Assembly (NCBI GenBank): GCA_963693055.1
Contig: OY843751.1
Location: forward strand, 6,176,001 to 6,240,000
DNA from: a bacterium
Lineage (GTDB): Bacteria > Zhuqueibacterota > Zhuqueibacteria > Residuimicrobiales > Krinioviventaceae
DNA: 64,000 bases
Direction: 5' to 3'
Shown: positions 1-10,758 of the stretch, piece after piece
Layout: each line of letters begins with the position of its first letter
How positions within the stretch are numbered: the first letter of the stretch is position 1
Translations under genes and position numbers: made by a program
Notes under the pieces: model-generated
Told to the model about the DNA's origin: nothing
Seen by the model: only the letters and a program-made list of their open reading frames with translations
Database searches by the model: none

Positions 1-1
1 T

Positions 2-265
2 GTGTTGGACAGTGCATATACGACACTGGCTGATAATGAAAAAAAGTCATTGTCGGAATTGTTTGGGTATTTTCAATATTTTGATTATAGATATTTGCCT
101 GAGGAAATTTATACAGACCAGGATGGTCATCGTATCATTTTTTTGCATCAGGATAAGGCCGATACGGTAAATGCATATATGCCCGGATCCTGTCAATTAC
201 CTGACCAATTACGTTTTATTTTCAACGAACTTCAAGATCGTATGTTTTCCATGTTGAATGAGTAA
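2..265 (+). CDS. 3' end of a hypothetical protein, truncated by the window edge
   Basis: Open frame from the window start to TAA at 263-265, followed by a terminator hairpin; no recognisable motif. Confidence 0.6.
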   Translation: MLDSAYTTLADNEKKSLSELFGYFQYFDYRYLPEEIYTDQDGHRIIFLHQDKADTVNAYMPGSCQLPDQLRFIFNELQDRMFSMLNE

Positions 266-268
266 ATG

Positions 269-297
269 AAAAAACGACCCTTATAAAGGGTCGTTTT
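269..297. terminator. Bidirectional intrinsic terminator
   Basis: aaaacgaccctt-ata-aagggtcgtttt hairpin with A/T tails between convergent genes. Confidence 0.85.
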
Positions 298-310
298 AGT
301 AATCAGATTG

Positions 311-1195
311 TCAGGCTACATCGGCAATTTGCTTGCGTAAAAAATCCAAAGCAATTGGCAGTTGTTCATCCATGTTTTCCCAACCACATTCCAGAGACAT
401 TCTTCCCTTGTAGTTTATTTTTCGAATGGCTTCAAGGTAAGGTCTAAAATCTTGCTGCCGTTTACCCGGCCACATCCGTTCTTCTTTTTCAGCAATATGG
501 GTATGGTTCACCATGCTCCCGGCTTTCAGAATCACCTCAGGGGGGTCATTCTCCCGCATCATGTGATAAACATCTAACAGAACCTGTATGTTGGGATGAT
601 TGGCTTGCCTGGCAATTTCCAGTCCCTCTGCCAGGGTATTGATGAAATTGGTTTCACCACTATTCAAATGTTCAACCGCAATAACAATATCATATTTTGC
701 TGCCAAAGGCCCCATTCTTTTCAAGAGATCGACAAATTGTGCTGTGGCTTTTGATTTTTCAAAACCATCCGGGATTTTACGAGAATCACCGCTGCCAAAA
801 ACAATTGTTTTTGCGCCGCTGATTTGTACCCGTTTAAAAACTATTTCTGAATAGGCCAGTATTTTGTCCACATCAACCTGTTCACCAATCGTTTTAAGCG
901 AACCGGGGAGAAAGCTACGAAATGCAGGCAGATGCATGTTTATCTGTTTCAAGGTCTCTAAATGGGCCAGAAAATCCGATTCCGGTTTGCCGGGTTTGGT
1001 AAAGGGTCCTACAGATGCTTCAAAATAATTATAGCCATGTTTCTTTAGCAGTGGCACGTTCTCAAGCCTTGTGCACACCCCAATCTCGGATAAAAATCCT
1101 TTTTCAGCCTGTGATTTTAAACAATTTGCATTCAATATTATGGGTGCTGCTCCGCAAACTCTAATAGTTTTTAATGCTTGTCGTCTGGTTATCAT
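311..1195 (-). CDS. Sugar phosphate isomerase/epimerase (xylose-isomerase-like TIM barrel) with a Tat signal
   Basis: TRRQAL twin-arginine motif; AVEHLN, LLDVYHM, HTHIAE and SLEC metal-binding motifs of the AP_endonuc_2 family. Confidence 0.85.
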   Translation of the reverse strand: MITRRQALKTIRVCGAAPIILNANCLKSQAEKGFLSEIGVCTRLENVPLLKKHGYNYFEASVGPFTKPGKPESDFLAHLETLKQINMHLPAFRSFLPGSLKTIGEQVDVDKILAYSEIVFKRVQISGAKTIVFGSGDSRKIPDGFEKSKATAQFVDLLKRMGPLAAKYDIVIAVEHLNSGETNFINTLAEGLEIARQANHPNIQVLLDVYHMMRENDPPEVILKAGSMVNHTHIAEKEERMWPGKRQQDFRPYLEAIRKINYKGRMSLECGWENMDEQLPIALDFLRKQIADVA

Positions 1196-1212
1196 AACAA
1201 AAACCCCAAATG

Positions 1213-1887
1213 TTAGTCTGGTAACCGTTTGATTTTGATTTCCTTAAAATACCAGATGCTGTTCGCATCATGTGCCTGAATTGCAATTGCACCACCGTTA
1301 GGATCCAGCAATCGATGTTTACGGCTTTCAACCCGCTCAGGATTTTCAGGTTCGGTATAATCCATTATCAGCTCATCGTTGATTTTGGCAATGATACGTT
1401 TCCCCTCAACTTTGATATAGAGTTTAAACCACTGGGTTTCATCAACCGGAGATTCGTGAATGTCTTTAATAGCATATAAACTTCCGGTTTTTCGGGGATC
1501 GTTTTGAGAGTTATTCAACTGGATCTCATATCCTTTACCCAGATGTTTGGCTGCATCGCGTTCAGAGTAATCGGTATGAAAAAAGATTCCTGAATTGGAA
1601 TTGGGTTCGCATTTGGAAATAATTTCCAATTCAAAGTTTTTAAATTTTACCAGTTCCTGGGTCTTTTCGTCTACATAGAATAAATGCGAACGAATGGTTG
1701 CAGAGGTATCGTGAACTACCAGTATTCCATCTTTGACATGGTATGATTCAGGGTTTACATTGGCTTTCCAACCGGTTAGATCAACCCCGTTAAACATTTG
1801 AATCCAGCCGTCATCACTGTTGTCAGATAGACAACCCACTCCTGAAAAAAGAAACACAATAAACACAATGGTTAATAGTTTTTTCAT
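1213..1887 (-). CDS. DUF1080 (3-keto-disaccharide hydrolase-like) lipoprotein
   Basis: Signal peptide with lipobox-like GVGC; MFNGVDLTGW, NSGIFFH, GYEIQL, TGSLY, IAIQAHD, FKEIKIK motifs; ATG at 1887 preferred. Confidence 0.85.
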   Translation of the reverse strand: MKKLLTIVFIVFLFSGVGCLSDNSDDGWIQMFNGVDLTGWKANVNPESYHVKDGILVVHDTSATIRSHLFYVDEKTQELVKFKNFELEIISKCEPNSNSGIFFHTDYSERDAAKHLGKGYEIQLNNSQNDPRKTGSLYAIKDIHESPVDETQWFKLYIKVEGKRIIAKINDELIMDYTEPENPERVESRKHRLLDPNGGAIAIQAHDANSIWYFKEIKIKRLPD

Positions 1888-2181
1888 TGCCAAACCCTTT
1901 CAGATATGAATGGAAAGAACGATAGTAAGTGATTTGTTTTGAGAATGGATAAGGTATAATATTAATATATAGAAATGCCGCACACATGCAATCTTTTTTG
2001 CTCGAAATTCTTGTATTGTGCTATTTTATAAGGAGAGAATTGAATGAAATATATGATATATAACCCAATGTTAATAACTATACTTGTCGTAATCTAATAA
2101 AATTATTGCAATAAACCCGAATTATATTCATATTATAAAAATCCGGAATCTTGCCAAAAGATAAAAGGACAAAATCATATT

Positions 2182-3633
2182 ATGATTAAAACATCAATGG
2201 CTTCGTTTACCCGTCGTGAATTTATAAAAAAAGCCTCGCTTTCTACTTTACCCTTTTTAATGTATTGTAATACCTTGAAAAAACAACCCAATGTTGTATA
2301 TGTGTTTGCAGATCAATGGAGAGCAAGTGATACCGGCTATGCCGGAAACAAACAGGTACACACACCCAATCTGGATAACCTGGCTTCCAAAAGTCTGGTG
2401 TTAACAAATGCCGTTTCCGGATGTCCGGTTTGCAGTCCATATCGGGCCAGTTTAATGACAGGACAGTATTGGCTTACCCATGGTGTTTTTTATAATGATA
2501 AACCTCTCAAACCCAGAGGAGTAACGCTTGCTAATGCATTCAAGCAGGCGGGGTATGCAACAGGTTACATTGGCAAATGGCATCTTATGGGAGTCTCTGA
2601 GGACTTGCCATATCCGCAAAACCGGCAGGCCCCGGTACCGAAAGATAAGAGAATGGGATTCGATTTCTGGAAAACCCGTGAATGTACGCATGATTATAAC
2701 CATTCATTTTATTATGATGAAAATGATGTAAAGCATACCTGGCAAGGCTACGATGCAATTGCTCAAACCCAATTGGCAAGCGAGTACATTGAAACCCATG
2801 CAGACAAGGGACCCTTTTTTCTCATGTTGTCGTGGGGACCGCCCCATGCTCCTTATGAAACAGCTCCCCAAAAGTACAGAGACATGTTTGATCCGAAAGA
2901 GATCAAGCTTCGTCCCAATGTACCCAAAGAACTTGAAGAAACTGCCAAAGCGGAAATTGCCGGTTATTACGCACACATGGCTGCGTTGGATGATTGTATT
3001 GCAGATTTGTTGGGCACAATAGAGAAAGGTGGTATTGAAAAGCACACCATTTTTGTGTTTACTTCGGACCATGGAGATATGCTGCGTTCACATGGTATGA
3101 CCAAAAAACAAAAACCCTGGGACGAATCTATAAAGGTCCCGTTTGTATTGAGGTACCCCCAGTTGCATGGTAAAAAAGGACAGGTTCTGGAGGTACCTTT
3201 TAACACACCGGATATTATGCCCACTTTGTTGGGCTTGTGTGATATACAAATTCCCAAAGCCGTAGAAGGTTCTGATTTCTCTGCTATATTCGCGGGGGCA
3301 CCGGCACCTGAGGAAGCTGTAGCATTGCTTAGTTGTCCTGTCCCCTTTCATCAATGGGGATACAGCAAAGGCGGCAGAGAATACAGGGGGTTGCGTACCC
3401 GTCGTTATACCTATGTTAAAGATCTGAACGGGCCCTGGCTGCTATATGATAACACGCTTGACCCATACCAGATGAACAATCTGGTTGATCACCCCTCTTA
3501 TCAGTCTATAAAAGCCAAGCTGGATGAACGCCTGCAACGAAAGCTTTTAGACACCCGTGACGCTTTTTTGCCGGGCCAGGAATATATGAAAAAATGGGGC
3601 TATGGTTGGGATGGCAGTGACGCACCAGATTAA
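2182..3633 (+). CDS. Sulfatase (Cys-type), Tat-exported
   Basis: TRREFIK; PNVVYVFADQ; CSPYRASLMTG; GKWHL; FTSDHG. Confidence 0.92.
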   Translation: MIKTSMASFTRREFIKKASLSTLPFLMYCNTLKKQPNVVYVFADQWRASDTGYAGNKQVHTPNLDNLASKSLVLTNAVSGCPVCSPYRASLMTGQYWLTHGVFYNDKPLKPRGVTLANAFKQAGYATGYIGKWHLMGVSEDLPYPQNRQAPVPKDKRMGFDFWKTRECTHDYNHSFYYDENDVKHTWQGYDAIAQTQLASEYIETHADKGPFFLMLSWGPPHAPYETAPQKYRDMFDPKEIKLRPNVPKELEETAKAEIAGYYAHMAALDDCIADLLGTIEKGGIEKHTIFVFTSDHGDMLRSHGMTKKQKPWDESIKVPFVLRYPQLHGKKGQVLEVPFNTPDIMPTLLGLCDIQIPKAVEGSDFSAIFAGAPAPEEAVALLSCPVPFHQWGYSKGGREYRGLRTRRYTYVKDLNGPWLLYDNTLDPYQMNNLVDHPSYQSIKAKLDERLQRKLLDTRDAFLPGQEYMKKWGYGWDGSDAPD

Positions 3634-3656
3634 GTTTGTTAGATTAGAGGTAGTAT

Positions 3657-4295
3657 ATGAAAAGGAATTTGCTAAAAAACAACCATTCCATACAGACCAT
3701 AGTCATTGAAATTTTTTCAGTTGTCTTTGGGGTGTTGTTGGCCCTGGGAATTAACGAATGGCGGGAGAATCTTGCCAATCAGCAGGCTGTAAATGAAATC
3801 ATGCAAAACATTAAAAGCGAAATTGTATCCAATATTGATTTTCTTGAAAATGTATATGAAAACAATCGGGAAACGGTTCGGCTTGCTTCTGCTGACACAT
3901 TAGAAGAAAAAGTTGATGGAGACCGTTCCATAGTACCCGGTATTCAACTGCAGGAGACTGCCTGGAAGACACTCATGTCAACAGGGATTTCCCAGCATCT
4001 GGATTATGATACACTGTATCGTTTATCACAGGCTTATTCATTGCAAGAAAATTATAAAAAAGTGAGTCTGAGTCTGGTACAGGCGGCAATGAATACATCT
4101 GCATATACAGCAGCCAATAAAAGCACAATAGATAATGATTCGTTTACAAAGGAATTTTTGGATTATTTTACCATGATTGTCCAGATGGAAGCGCAGTTGT
4201 TAAAAAGCTACAAAGACCTGACGGTATATTTAGATATTGAAACCACAGAAAACATGCTTTTACAGGATTCAGTTCAGACAAACACGAAAAAATAA
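3657..4295 (+). CDS. Hypothetical membrane-anchored helical protein
   Basis: RBS gagg; N-terminal TM segment EIFSVVFGVLLALGINEW followed by a coiled-coil-like region. Confidence 0.7.
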   Translation: MKRNLLKNNHSIQTIVIEIFSVVFGVLLALGINEWRENLANQQAVNEIMQNIKSEIVSNIDFLENVYENNRETVRLASADTLEEKVDGDRSIVPGIQLQETAWKTLMSTGISQHLDYDTLYRLSQAYSLQENYKKVSLSLVQAAMNTSAYTAANKSTIDNDSFTKEFLDYFTMIVQMEAQLLKSYKDLTVYLDIETTENMLLQDSVQTNTKK

Positions 4296-4329
4296 TTCGC
4301 CTTCCACTGGCAAAAAAAAAGAGGGTACA

Positions 4330-5100
4330 ATGGTTATACGAAAGCGGTTTCATCCTATTATCAGAATTGTTTTACTTGTTGTAATTCTGATTGTTGTCTA
4401 TGTTATCAATAAACGAACCATAAATACATCAACTAATCCCAATTCCATCAGTGCGAAAGAAAAGGAACAAGGCTGGCAGTTGTTATGGGACGGTAAATCC
4501 TTTAATGGCTGGCGGGCTATATATGAATCGGATTTTCCCAAATCAGGATGGATTGTTGAGAATGATGCCCTGGTATGTTTGGGAGCGGACCTTCCTGATT
4601 CGCTGCGAGGCGGAGCTATTATTACAGTAAAGAAATACAAGAATTTTGAACTGGTGTTTGATTTTAAAATAAAACCCCATGCAAACAGTGGAATCAAGTA
4701 TTTTATCAATGAAGAGTTAAAGGCTTCACCCGGGCACGGTTTGGGGCTTGAATATGCAATTCTGGATGATTCAAACTGGCCCTATGATAAACCGGATTAT
4801 TTCAGGACTATGGGGTCGTTGTACGACATGGTCAAGGCGGTAAATAATAAACCGGTAAAACCTTTGGGTGAATGGAACCATGGCAGGATTGTAGTAAATG
4901 GTAACCATCTTGAACACTGGTTGAATGGTATGAAGGTGGTTGAAATTGAAAAAGGCAGCCAGGACTATTATGAACGATTGGCTGTAAGTAAATATCGTAA
5001 TATTGAAGGTTGGGGAGAATTTCTTGATGGACATATTCTGATTCAGGATGAAGGGCCACGTGCTGAATTCAGAAATATCAAGATCAAAGTTATTGATTGA
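4330..5100 (+). CDS. DUF1080 (3-keto-disaccharide hydrolase-like) protein
   Basis: WQLLWDGKSFNGW, NSGIKY, GSLYD, GEWNHGRI, GHILIQD, FRNIKIK; ATG at 4330 after gaggg. Confidence 0.88.
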   Translation: MVIRKRFHPIIRIVLLVVILIVVYVINKRTINTSTNPNSISAKEKEQGWQLLWDGKSFNGWRAIYESDFPKSGWIVENDALVCLGADLPDSLRGGAIITVKKYKNFELVFDFKIKPHANSGIKYFINEELKASPGHGLGLEYAILDDSNWPYDKPDYFRTMGSLYDMVKAVNNKPVKPLGEWNHGRIVVNGNHLEHWLNGMKVVEIEKGSQDYYERLAVSKYRNIEGWGEFLDGHILIQDEGPRAEFRNIKIKVID

Positions 5101-5244
5101 GCATTTATTGACCAAAGTGTTTGAGTGTGGTTACGTTGATAACTGGTTTTATTTGAGCGCGTTAGTTGTAAAATAGAAGTTTCTATTCAAGTTATAAATA
5201 ATTGTCAGCTTTATATCAGGGCCGGTTTGCAGGAGTGTTAATTC

Positions 5245-6981
5245 ATGTTTGGAATTCATTTAATTGATACGGCTGTCATTGTTTTATATTTTTGCCTCAT
5301 TTTATATGTTGGGGTTTTTGTCGGTTCTAAAAAAACAAAGAGTCTGAGCGAGTTTTTTATTGCCGGAGGGAAATGGGGAGGTGCAGTATCGTTTCTGTTT
5401 GTTTTTTCATCCGCTTTGGCAGGCAATGAGGCCGTATTGGTTAGCGGTAAAGCTTATCAGGTTGGATTGTCTGGTGTTTGGTACTGGTGGAATTTCCTTT
5501 TGGCAACCCCTATCTATTATCTGTTTTCTACTTATTTCAAGCGGGCAAGAGTATATAATGTTGCTGAATTTTTTGAGATGAGATATGGGCAAAAAGCAGC
5601 TCTTTTTTATTCAGTATTTGGGGGTATTGTTTCAATCTTTTTCATTGGTATTATATTGCTGGCTATTGGGAAAATATTAACTGGCTTTACAACGCTGTCA
5701 CTTCAAGCCTGTATATGGATGATTGTAGTAATTGTTAGCGCGTATGTCTTTAGCGGAGGATTGATGTCTGCCTTGTTGACTGATTTGATTCAGGGAGCAT
5801 TGATAATAATAGTCATGTTTATAATCATGTTCCCGGTTGTATGGAATGCTGCCGGAGGATTTCAAGCATTGCAGGCATTGCCTGCAGAAACATGGGACTT
5901 TGTTTCCGCTGGTATGCCTATGAAAAGCGTTATTGCATTGAATGTTTCTGCTATTGTAGGGGCTATTGCCGGCCCATGGATGCTGCCATGGATAGCGATT
6001 TCAAAAGATGAAAAAGCGGCAACCTTTTGCAGTTGGGGTAATTTTGGTAAACGAGTGGCAACATTACTATTTACATTGTATGGAATCATGTTTGCAATTT
6101 TTCTACCCAACTTGGCTGATCCGGAACAGGCGTGGGGTATTGCCATGTCTCAGATATTACCTGCCGGCGTGGGGATAACCGGCTTGTTTATATGTGCGTT
6201 TTTTGCTGCTGGTATGTCATCCGTTGATACATATGCTACTACTTCTTCATCAATGTTTATCGATTTTTTTTATAGACGGATTTTGAATAAAAATGAAACG
6301 ATGAAGCATTATCTTTATGTGTCCAAAATTTGGGCGGTAATTTCAATCATTATTGGAGCTGTATCTACCCTGTTTATTGATTCAATAGCAGATTATGTAA
6401 AAATTTGGATCACTTTATTGTCATTTATTGGGGTACCTATCTTTTTTGGAATATGGTGGCGTAAAGCTAATAGGCGCGGAGTTTGGATTTCTCTAAGCCT
6501 GGGTATGATAAGCTATTTATTGATCATGTTTGTGTTTACAGGTAATGGTAATGTGTTTGCGGATCGGGATGTTGCATTGCCTTGGGGTGTTTACATCCCA
6601 ACAGGGCTTGCCTTTTTCGGCATGCTGGCTGGAGGTTGGCTTGGTAAATCAGAAAGTAAGGTTTTGCTTGATCGTTTTTATACTATTATCAGTACGCCTA
6701 TTGGTCAGGAAAACCTGTTATTGCGAATTGGAATCAGGCTGCCATTTATGGGAGATGCTGGTAAAGTTTATGAGAGTGACGAATCTTTGGATGAGACAGA
6801 ACTGACCAGGCTGTATGATGAAAATGCAGTAAATAAAATTTTTGGTAAAAACAGTAGTATGGAATTTCGTTGTGAACCTACATTGCCTTGGTTCTATAAA
6901 GGTTTTTTTATTATGATTTTATCGTGTGTTGGGCTGGTATTCTTGACATGGCTGTTGACACGATTACTTTTTATTTGGTAA
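5245..6981 (+). CDS. Sodium:solute symporter (SSS) family transporter
   Basis: About 13-14 hydrophobic segments; EFFIAGG, EFFEMRYG, SGGLMSALLTD, AAGMSSVD motifs. Confidence 0.88.
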   Translation: MFGIHLIDTAVIVLYFCLILYVGVFVGSKKTKSLSEFFIAGGKWGGAVSFLFVFSSALAGNEAVLVSGKAYQVGLSGVWYWWNFLLATPIYYLFSTYFKRARVYNVAEFFEMRYGQKAALFYSVFGGIVSIFFIGIILLAIGKILTGFTTLSLQACIWMIVVIVSAYVFSGGLMSALLTDLIQGALIIIVMFIIMFPVVWNAAGGFQALQALPAETWDFVSAGMPMKSVIALNVSAIVGAIAGPWMLPWIAISKDEKAATFCSWGNFGKRVATLLFTLYGIMFAIFLPNLADPEQAWGIAMSQILPAGVGITGLFICAFFAAGMSSVDTYATTSSSMFIDFFYRRILNKNETMKHYLYVSKIWAVISIIIGAVSTLFIDSIADYVKIWITLLSFIGVPIFFGIWWRKANRRGVWISLSLGMISYLLIMFVFTGNGNVFADRDVALPWGVYIPTGLAFFGMLAGGWLGKSESKVLLDRFYTIISTPIGQENLLLRIGIRLPFMGDAGKVYESDESLDETELTRLYDENAVNKIFGKNSSMEFRCEPTLPWFYKGFFIMILSCVGLVFLTWLLTRLLFIW

Positions 6982-7013
6982 AGATATTGTATTAAATCTC
7001 TGGAGTAGTAAAA

Positions 7014-8648
7014 ATGAAAATGGACAAAAGTATTCTTGTCGTTTCAGCAAGTGAAAAAGAAAGGCAATTGTTAAAAGCTGAACTGGAACTATGCGGATTT
7101 TGGAACGCTGTTTTCGTTGCAGAGAATAAAGAAACGGTTTCTGGTTTATTAACAAATAGCTCTGTTTGTCTGGTAATATTTGACATGATCAATAAAATAT
7201 CCCAAAGTAGTGAATTATTAATCCGGTTAGAAAATGAATTTAATATTCCCTTACTCAAAATTGCAAAAGCTGACGAAATGTCCGAGTCGGATGAAAACAC
7301 TATTACATTCCCCTTTGATTTTCAGAATTTTTTAAACAAAGTTAAACAATTCATTTTGCCCAAGGGTGAAGTGGACCTGGTAAAGATCCGCAGAAAGATC
7401 AGCTTTGAAGAAGAAGAATTGAGATACAAAGATCTATTTGAAAGGGCAAGTGATATTCTGTTACTGCTGGATTTTGATACGCATACTATTATCGATGCAA
7501 ATCAACAGGCTGTAAAGGCTTATGGCTACAGTCGTGATGAGTTGATTGGCATGAATTTATTGCATCTCATTCCACGCGAACAACACCTTAAGGTATTGGA
7601 AAATACGATCTTGATGAATAAGGAGAATATTGTTCTGTATTCAAGGGACCGTATTCATCAAAAAAAAGATGGCAGTCAAATTTGTGTGTCTGTAAGTGCC
7701 ACATGCATCGAGTACGGTGGAAGAAAAGTGTTTCAGGACATTGTGCGTAACGAAACAGACCGTATACATTATGAAAAGCGATTAAAAGAATTAAACCAGG
7801 AACTCAATTCCGCTAACCAAAAGTTGTTGCAGGAAAATATTAAACTTGAAAAAACACAGCATGAACTTGAAAAACGTAAAGAAGAGTTGGAAAAATATCA
7901 AAATCACCTTGAGCAGCTTGTAGATGAAAGAACTGAATCTTTAAAAAATGTTAATAAAGAGCTCAAACAGGAAATTCAGGAACGTAAAAACGCAGAAAAT
8001 GAACTTATAAACTCGTTAAGAGATAAAGAGGTCCTGATACGAGAATTGTATCACAGAACCAAGAATAATATGCAGGTTATTATCTCCATGATGCAGCTGC
8101 ACCGATATAGAACTATGGATAAGGCATTGACAACATTTATTGATGATATGGAAAAACGGATTTACAGCATGTCTTTGGTGCACCAAAAATTGTACGAGTC
8201 TGAAAACTTGTCTATGATCAGGTTTAATGAATATATCAAAGATTTGATACAACATTACAAGGCAAGTTTTAAAACAAAAGAGAGAAACATCAGTTTTACA
8301 CTTGATTTGGCTGACGTGAATGTATTGATTGATACGGCTATTCCGTGCGGAATTGTTATTAATGAATTGATTGTAAATGCATTAAAATATGCGTTTCCGG
8401 AGCATCAGTCCGGTGAAATCCGTCTGGTGCTAAAGGAAAAGTCTGATAGCATGATCCAATTGACAATAGCAGATAATGGGGTTGGTTTGGAAAAAGATTT
8501 AGAAATGGAGGATGTTTCTACTTTAGGTTTTAAAACAGTTTTTAACATTATTAAACATCAATTGCAGGGAGAATTGCTAGTTGAAAATAAAAATGGATTG
8601 TTATTTTGTATTACTTTGGAAAACGAACTTGATAATCCGAGGGTTTAA
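7014..8648 (+). CDS. Cytoplasmic PAS sensor histidine kinase (HisKA_2 type) with a degenerate receiver-like N-terminus
   Basis: PAS (YKDLFERASD...ANQQAVKAYGYSRDEL); coiled coil; ELYHRTKNNMQ H-box; NELIVNALKYAF; ADNGVG. Confidence 0.88.
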   Translation: MKMDKSILVVSASEKERQLLKAELELCGFWNAVFVAENKETVSGLLTNSSVCLVIFDMINKISQSSELLIRLENEFNIPLLKIAKADEMSESDENTITFPFDFQNFLNKVKQFILPKGEVDLVKIRRKISFEEEELRYKDLFERASDILLLLDFDTHTIIDANQQAVKAYGYSRDELIGMNLLHLIPREQHLKVLENTILMNKENIVLYSRDRIHQKKDGSQICVSVSATCIEYGGRKVFQDIVRNETDRIHYEKRLKELNQELNSANQKLLQENIKLEKTQHELEKRKEELEKYQNHLEQLVDERTESLKNVNKELKQEIQERKNAENELINSLRDKEVLIRELYHRTKNNMQVIISMMQLHRYRTMDKALTTFIDDMEKRIYSMSLVHQKLYESENLSMIRFNEYIKDLIQHYKASFKTKERNISFTLDLADVNVLIDTAIPCGIVINELIVNALKYAFPEHQSGEIRLVLKEKSDSMIQLTIADNGVGLEKDLEMEDVSTLGFKTVFNIIKHQLQGELLVENKNGLLFCITLENELDNPRV

Positions 8649-8746
8649 AAAAACGAGTCAGAAATAAAAGCAAGATCAATTTTTTTAACTGCTGAAAATT
8701 TCTCAAATTTTTTGTATATTTAAAAAATGATTTGAGGAAATGAAAA

Positions 8747-9514
8747 ATGGATTATAAATCTTTCTTAGCATTTGCAGCTGATACGGCAGTAAACGCGGGC
8801 AAATTGACCCTGGGTTATTTTCAAACCGGAATTCAACCGGATTTTAAAGCGGATGATTCACCGGTAACCGTTGCCGATAAAAAAGCTGAAGAATATATTC
8901 GAAATTGTATTGAAAAACAATATCCCGATCATGCCATTTTGGGTGAAGAGTTTGGTGAAAGCGAACACCAAAATGCAGCATTTAAATGGTATGTTGATCC
9001 CATTGATGGTACAAAATCTTTTATCAGCGGCGTGCCCATGTATGCGGTCTTGATTGGGTTGGAAATAGAAGGTGTTTCTCGCGTGGGTGCTGTTTATTAT
9101 CCGGGAACGGATGAACTCTTGTGTGCAGCGGATGGAGAAGGGTGCTGGTGGAATGGCAGACGGGCCTGGGTTTCGCAAAAAAAAGATCTTTCTAAGGCAA
9201 TCATTGCGCATGCTGACACAACAACTTTTGCACGGCAGAAAAAAGGCGAGGCATGGCAGCGTTTGCAGGATGCCGTTTATTACCGTGCGGGTTGGTGCGA
9301 CGCTTATGGCTACCTGCTTACGGCAACAGGGCGTATAGATTTGATGCTTGACCCGGCCATGAATCCCTGGGATTGCGCGCCTTTTCCTCCTATCTTCCGG
9401 GAGGCTGGCGGTTTTTTTGGAGACTGGCAAGGCAACGAGACAATCCTTCAGGATGAGGCATTGGGAACCTCTAAAATCCTGTTACCCCAGGTTTTGAAAA
9501 TTCTGAATCAATAA
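8747..9514 (+). CDS. hisN: Inositol monophosphatase family protein, HisN-like histidinol-phosphate phosphatase
   Basis: KADDSPVTVAD, ILGEEFG, WYVDPIDGTKSF, PWDCA motifs. Confidence 0.7.
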   Translation: MDYKSFLAFAADTAVNAGKLTLGYFQTGIQPDFKADDSPVTVADKKAEEYIRNCIEKQYPDHAILGEEFGESEHQNAAFKWYVDPIDGTKSFISGVPMYAVLIGLEIEGVSRVGAVYYPGTDELLCAADGEGCWWNGRRAWVSQKKDLSKAIIAHADTTTFARQKKGEAWQRLQDAVYYRAGWCDAYGYLLTATGRIDLMLDPAMNPWDCAPFPPIFREAGGFFGDWQGNETILQDEALGTSKILLPQVLKILNQ

Positions 9515-9545
9515 GATTGGATTTTATCAAGAACCGGATATTGTG

Positions 9546-10715
9546 ATGAATCAAGACTATATAAATATTCTACTAAAGTCGGAAAAGTATGTTGTTGGGT
9601 TAATGTCTGGCACATCTATGGATGGAATTGACGCTGCTCTGGTCAAGATTGTAGAAACGGATGATGGACAATCCTTTGAGTTGCTGCATTTTCTAACCAT
9701 ACCCTATCCCCCTGATATGCATCGACGTTTATCAGCGCTTGCCATTGCAGAAACCTATCCGGTAAATGATCTGGTTCAACTGAATGTAGAAACGGGTATC
9801 CACTTTGCTTATGCGGTGAAGGCACTTGTTCATGATGCAGGGATCAAGATGGAGGACATAGACCTTATCGGTTCTCATGGGCAAACTGTCAGACATTTAC
9901 CCCAAGCCAAACCCTTTCCGGCAACGTTACAGATTGGTGATCCTTCATATATTGCTCAACAAACCGGGGTCATTACAGTGGGAGATTTTCGTATGGCTGA
10001 CATGGCTGCGGGCGGACAAGGTGCGCCGCTTGTCCCTATGTTTGATTTTATGGTATTTGGGTCACCGGACAAGAACCGCGCCGTGTTAAATATTGGTGGC
10101 ATAGCCAATGTAACCATTCTGCCGGCTGGAGAAGATCTGGATAAGGTGCTGGCATTTGATACCGGTCCCGGAAATACAATTGTGGATAACTTGTGTAAAA
10201 CTTATTATGCAAGAGATTTTGATGAAAATGGTGAAATTTCTGCATGTGGAAAAGTCCATTTTGATATTGTGGATATCTTTTTAAAAGACAAGTACTTTGC
10301 TCAGGAACCACCAAAGTCCACAGGCCCTGAACACTTTAGCTTGAACAAATTTAATATTATCAAAGAGTTAGGGGTGCATGACAATATCTGCAACGATGAT
10401 GCAATTTCTACTATGACGTATTTTACGGCGAGGTCAATTTTTGAGCAGATACAGCATTTTTCACCAGTAAATTTGGATGAATTGTATGTTAGTGGCGGGG
10501 GTGTGAATAACTGTTCATTAATGCAGCATTTAAAAGATTTGTTTGGATCTGTGGAAATTTATACAACAGATAATTATGGTTTGTCGTCAGATGCTAAAGA
10601 GGCTATGTGTTTTGCAATTTTAGCGAATGAAACCCTGCATGGCGCGCAGGGAAATGTACCATCGGCAACGGGGGCGATCAGCCCGGTAGTGCTGGGGAAA
10701 ATATGCCTTCCATAA
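9546..10715 (+). CDS. anmK: Anhydro-N-acetylmuramic acid kinase
   Basis: GLMSGTSMDGID, IGSHGQT, DMAAGGQGAPLVP, LNIGGIANVT, FDTGPGN, KEAMCFA. Confidence 0.95.
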   Translation: MNQDYINILLKSEKYVVGLMSGTSMDGIDAALVKIVETDDGQSFELLHFLTIPYPPDMHRRLSALAIAETYPVNDLVQLNVETGIHFAYAVKALVHDAGIKMEDIDLIGSHGQTVRHLPQAKPFPATLQIGDPSYIAQQTGVITVGDFRMADMAAGGQGAPLVPMFDFMVFGSPDKNRAVLNIGGIANVTILPAGEDLDKVLAFDTGPGNTIVDNLCKTYYARDFDENGEISACGKVHFDIVDIFLKDKYFAQEPPKSTGPEHFSLNKFNIIKELGVHDNICNDDAISTMTYFTARSIFEQIQHFSPVNLDELYVSGGGVNNCSLMQHLKDLFGSVEIYTTDNYGLSSDAKEAMCFAILANETLHGAQGNVPSATGAISPVVLGKICLP

Positions 10716-10758
10716 GTTTTATGGCTTAAATTTACTAAAAAAATACAACGAGGTCTTG